Shown here: piece by piece, positions 25,025-25,834 of the stretch
Position numbering within the stretch: position 1 is the stretch's first letter
Layout: each line of letters starts with the position of its first letter
Source: an uncultured archaeon
GTDB taxonomy: Archaea; Aenigmatarchaeota; Aenigmatarchaeia; CG10238-14
NCBI GenBank assembly: GCA_964392445.1
Contig: CAYMPD010000017.1
Location: 1-25,834, forward strand
DNA: 25,834 nucleotides
Reading direction: 5' to 3'
Program-made: the position numbers and the translations under genes
Notes under the pieces: model-generated
Told to the model about the DNA's origin: nothing
The model's input: the letters and a program-made list of their open reading frames with translations, nothing else
The model's database searches: none

Positions 25025-25237
25025 GGGTGAGTTGATTAGATAGCTTCGCCTTGTTGTCAAAAATAAGGTGAGGAATTTCCGTCCATGGAGGAACCAATGC
25101 CGAGATGCTAGTCTTTGGTAACAGAAACGATACCTTCGGGTTGAAACGGATCAAAGGCTTCCAATGAAATGCAAGTCAAAAGGCGCTTAGATGAATGCTA
25201 TCTTAAAAACAAAAGACGGGATAAAATCAACACACCC
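25025..25237 (+). ncRNA. rnpB: RNase P RNA, compact archaeal form (213 nt)
   Basis: P1 GGGTGAGTTGATT/AATCAACACACCC; P2 AGATAGC/GCTATCT; P3 CGCCTTGTT/AATAAGGTG; GAGGAA then P4 TT(T)CCGTC/GACGGGA; ACAGAAA and TGAAACGG S-domain motifs; GCAAG, CGCTTAGATGAATG and AACAAAA conserved regions in the correct order. Confidence 0.9.
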
Positions 25238-25245
25238 TCATTTTT

Positions 25246-25680
25246 TTAATAAGATGGTTTTATTTCTACCCCACCTGTAAGGGCGTATTTTATTAACTGA
25301 GTTATGGTTGGATTTTCAAAAGCAAAGAATTTTTTAGCCTCTTCAGATAATTCATAAAAATTCCCTATTTTATTTAGTGTATTATACTTACCAGTTGATC
25401 TTTCTTTGAATTCTTTTTTACAAATTGCCAGAATTCTTTCATACTCAGGATCTTGTGGATGAACTTTCTGAAAATCTACCACTATATTCTCGGGTTTGAC
25501 GAATCTTCTCCTTTTAATAAATTCGTACACATCCCTATCTTTTTCTATCTCTAATTTTAATGTTTCTGGGAGCTCAGTTTTAATCCTCAAATGCATAATA
25601 AGGAGGTAAATAAAAAAGAAGACGGATAGAATGAGTGTTGAAGACATTGCTATTATAATTGCTAATATTATTGGGTTCAT
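25246..25680 (-). CDS. Hypothetical membrane-anchored protein
   Basis: 144-aa ORF with N-terminal hydrophobic helix and soluble C-terminal domain; no family recognised. Confidence 0.65.
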   Translation of the reverse strand: MNPIILAIIIAMSSTLILSVFFFIYLLIMHLRIKTELPETLKLEIEKDRDVYEFIKRRRFVKPENIVVDFQKVHPQDPEYERILAICKKEFKERSTGKYNTLNKIGNFYELSEEAKKFFAFENPTITQLIKYALTGGVEIKPSY

Positions 25681-25773
25681 AGCTATCTAAATACTTTATA
25701 TTAACAGGAATAAAAAGTCTTTCTGGCGGGATTAGTTTTATATTCTTAACTGGTTAATTAATTGTTGATAAAG

Positions 25774-25834
25774 ATGGCTAAACAAAAGAAAACAAGGATG
25801 CCTTCTGGAATGGCAGGGTTGATGAGATATGATG
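25774..25834 (+). CDS. secG: Preprotein translocase subunit Sec61beta/SecG, 5' part (runs off the window)
   Basis: Manual translation MAKQKKTRMPSGMAGLMRYD..., matching the archaeal Sec61beta motif S..AGL.RY. Confidence 0.7.
   Translation, partial: MAKQKKTRMPSGMAGLMRYD

Noticed and set aside
24885-25154. 89-aa minus-strand ORF
   Set aside because: It is antisense to the RNase P RNA and the pilin-like gene and has no protein-like features.

Overview
AT-rich archaeal chromosomal segment, most consistent with a DPANN-type archaeon. That assignment is inferred from archaeal AdkA, Sec61beta, TTTAAATA promoters, GGAGGTGA-like RBSs, an intron-containing tRNA and several KGQ-type class III signal peptides. 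Housekeeping content: tmk, adkA, tRNA-Met(CAU, about 40-nt intron), tRNA-His, MscS, a COG2522-like HTH regulator, a DUF362 ferredoxin protein, a radical SAM enzyme and the start of Sec61beta. Accessory content: a translationally coupled four-gene prepilin-like operon with a VWA member, a large CARDB surface protein, a Nudix/HD/phosphatase/deoxyribosyltransferase cluster, and a locus of giant Cys-rich secreted proteins with VWA, dockerin-like and recently duplicated Ig-like modules. Four elements absent from the supplied ORF track were found by reading the sequence: a 43-aa Lys/Arg-rich histone-tail/protamine-like peptide gene with its own promoter and terminator (304-435), a 57-aa short tail-less histone-fold gene with tandem promoters (17557-17730), a very compact 213-nt RNase P RNA (25025-25237), and the Sec61beta 5' end. 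The tRNA-Met intron holds a sequence that, by the box C/D +5 rule, would guide methylation of its own C34. All family assignments come from motif recognition, with no database searches.
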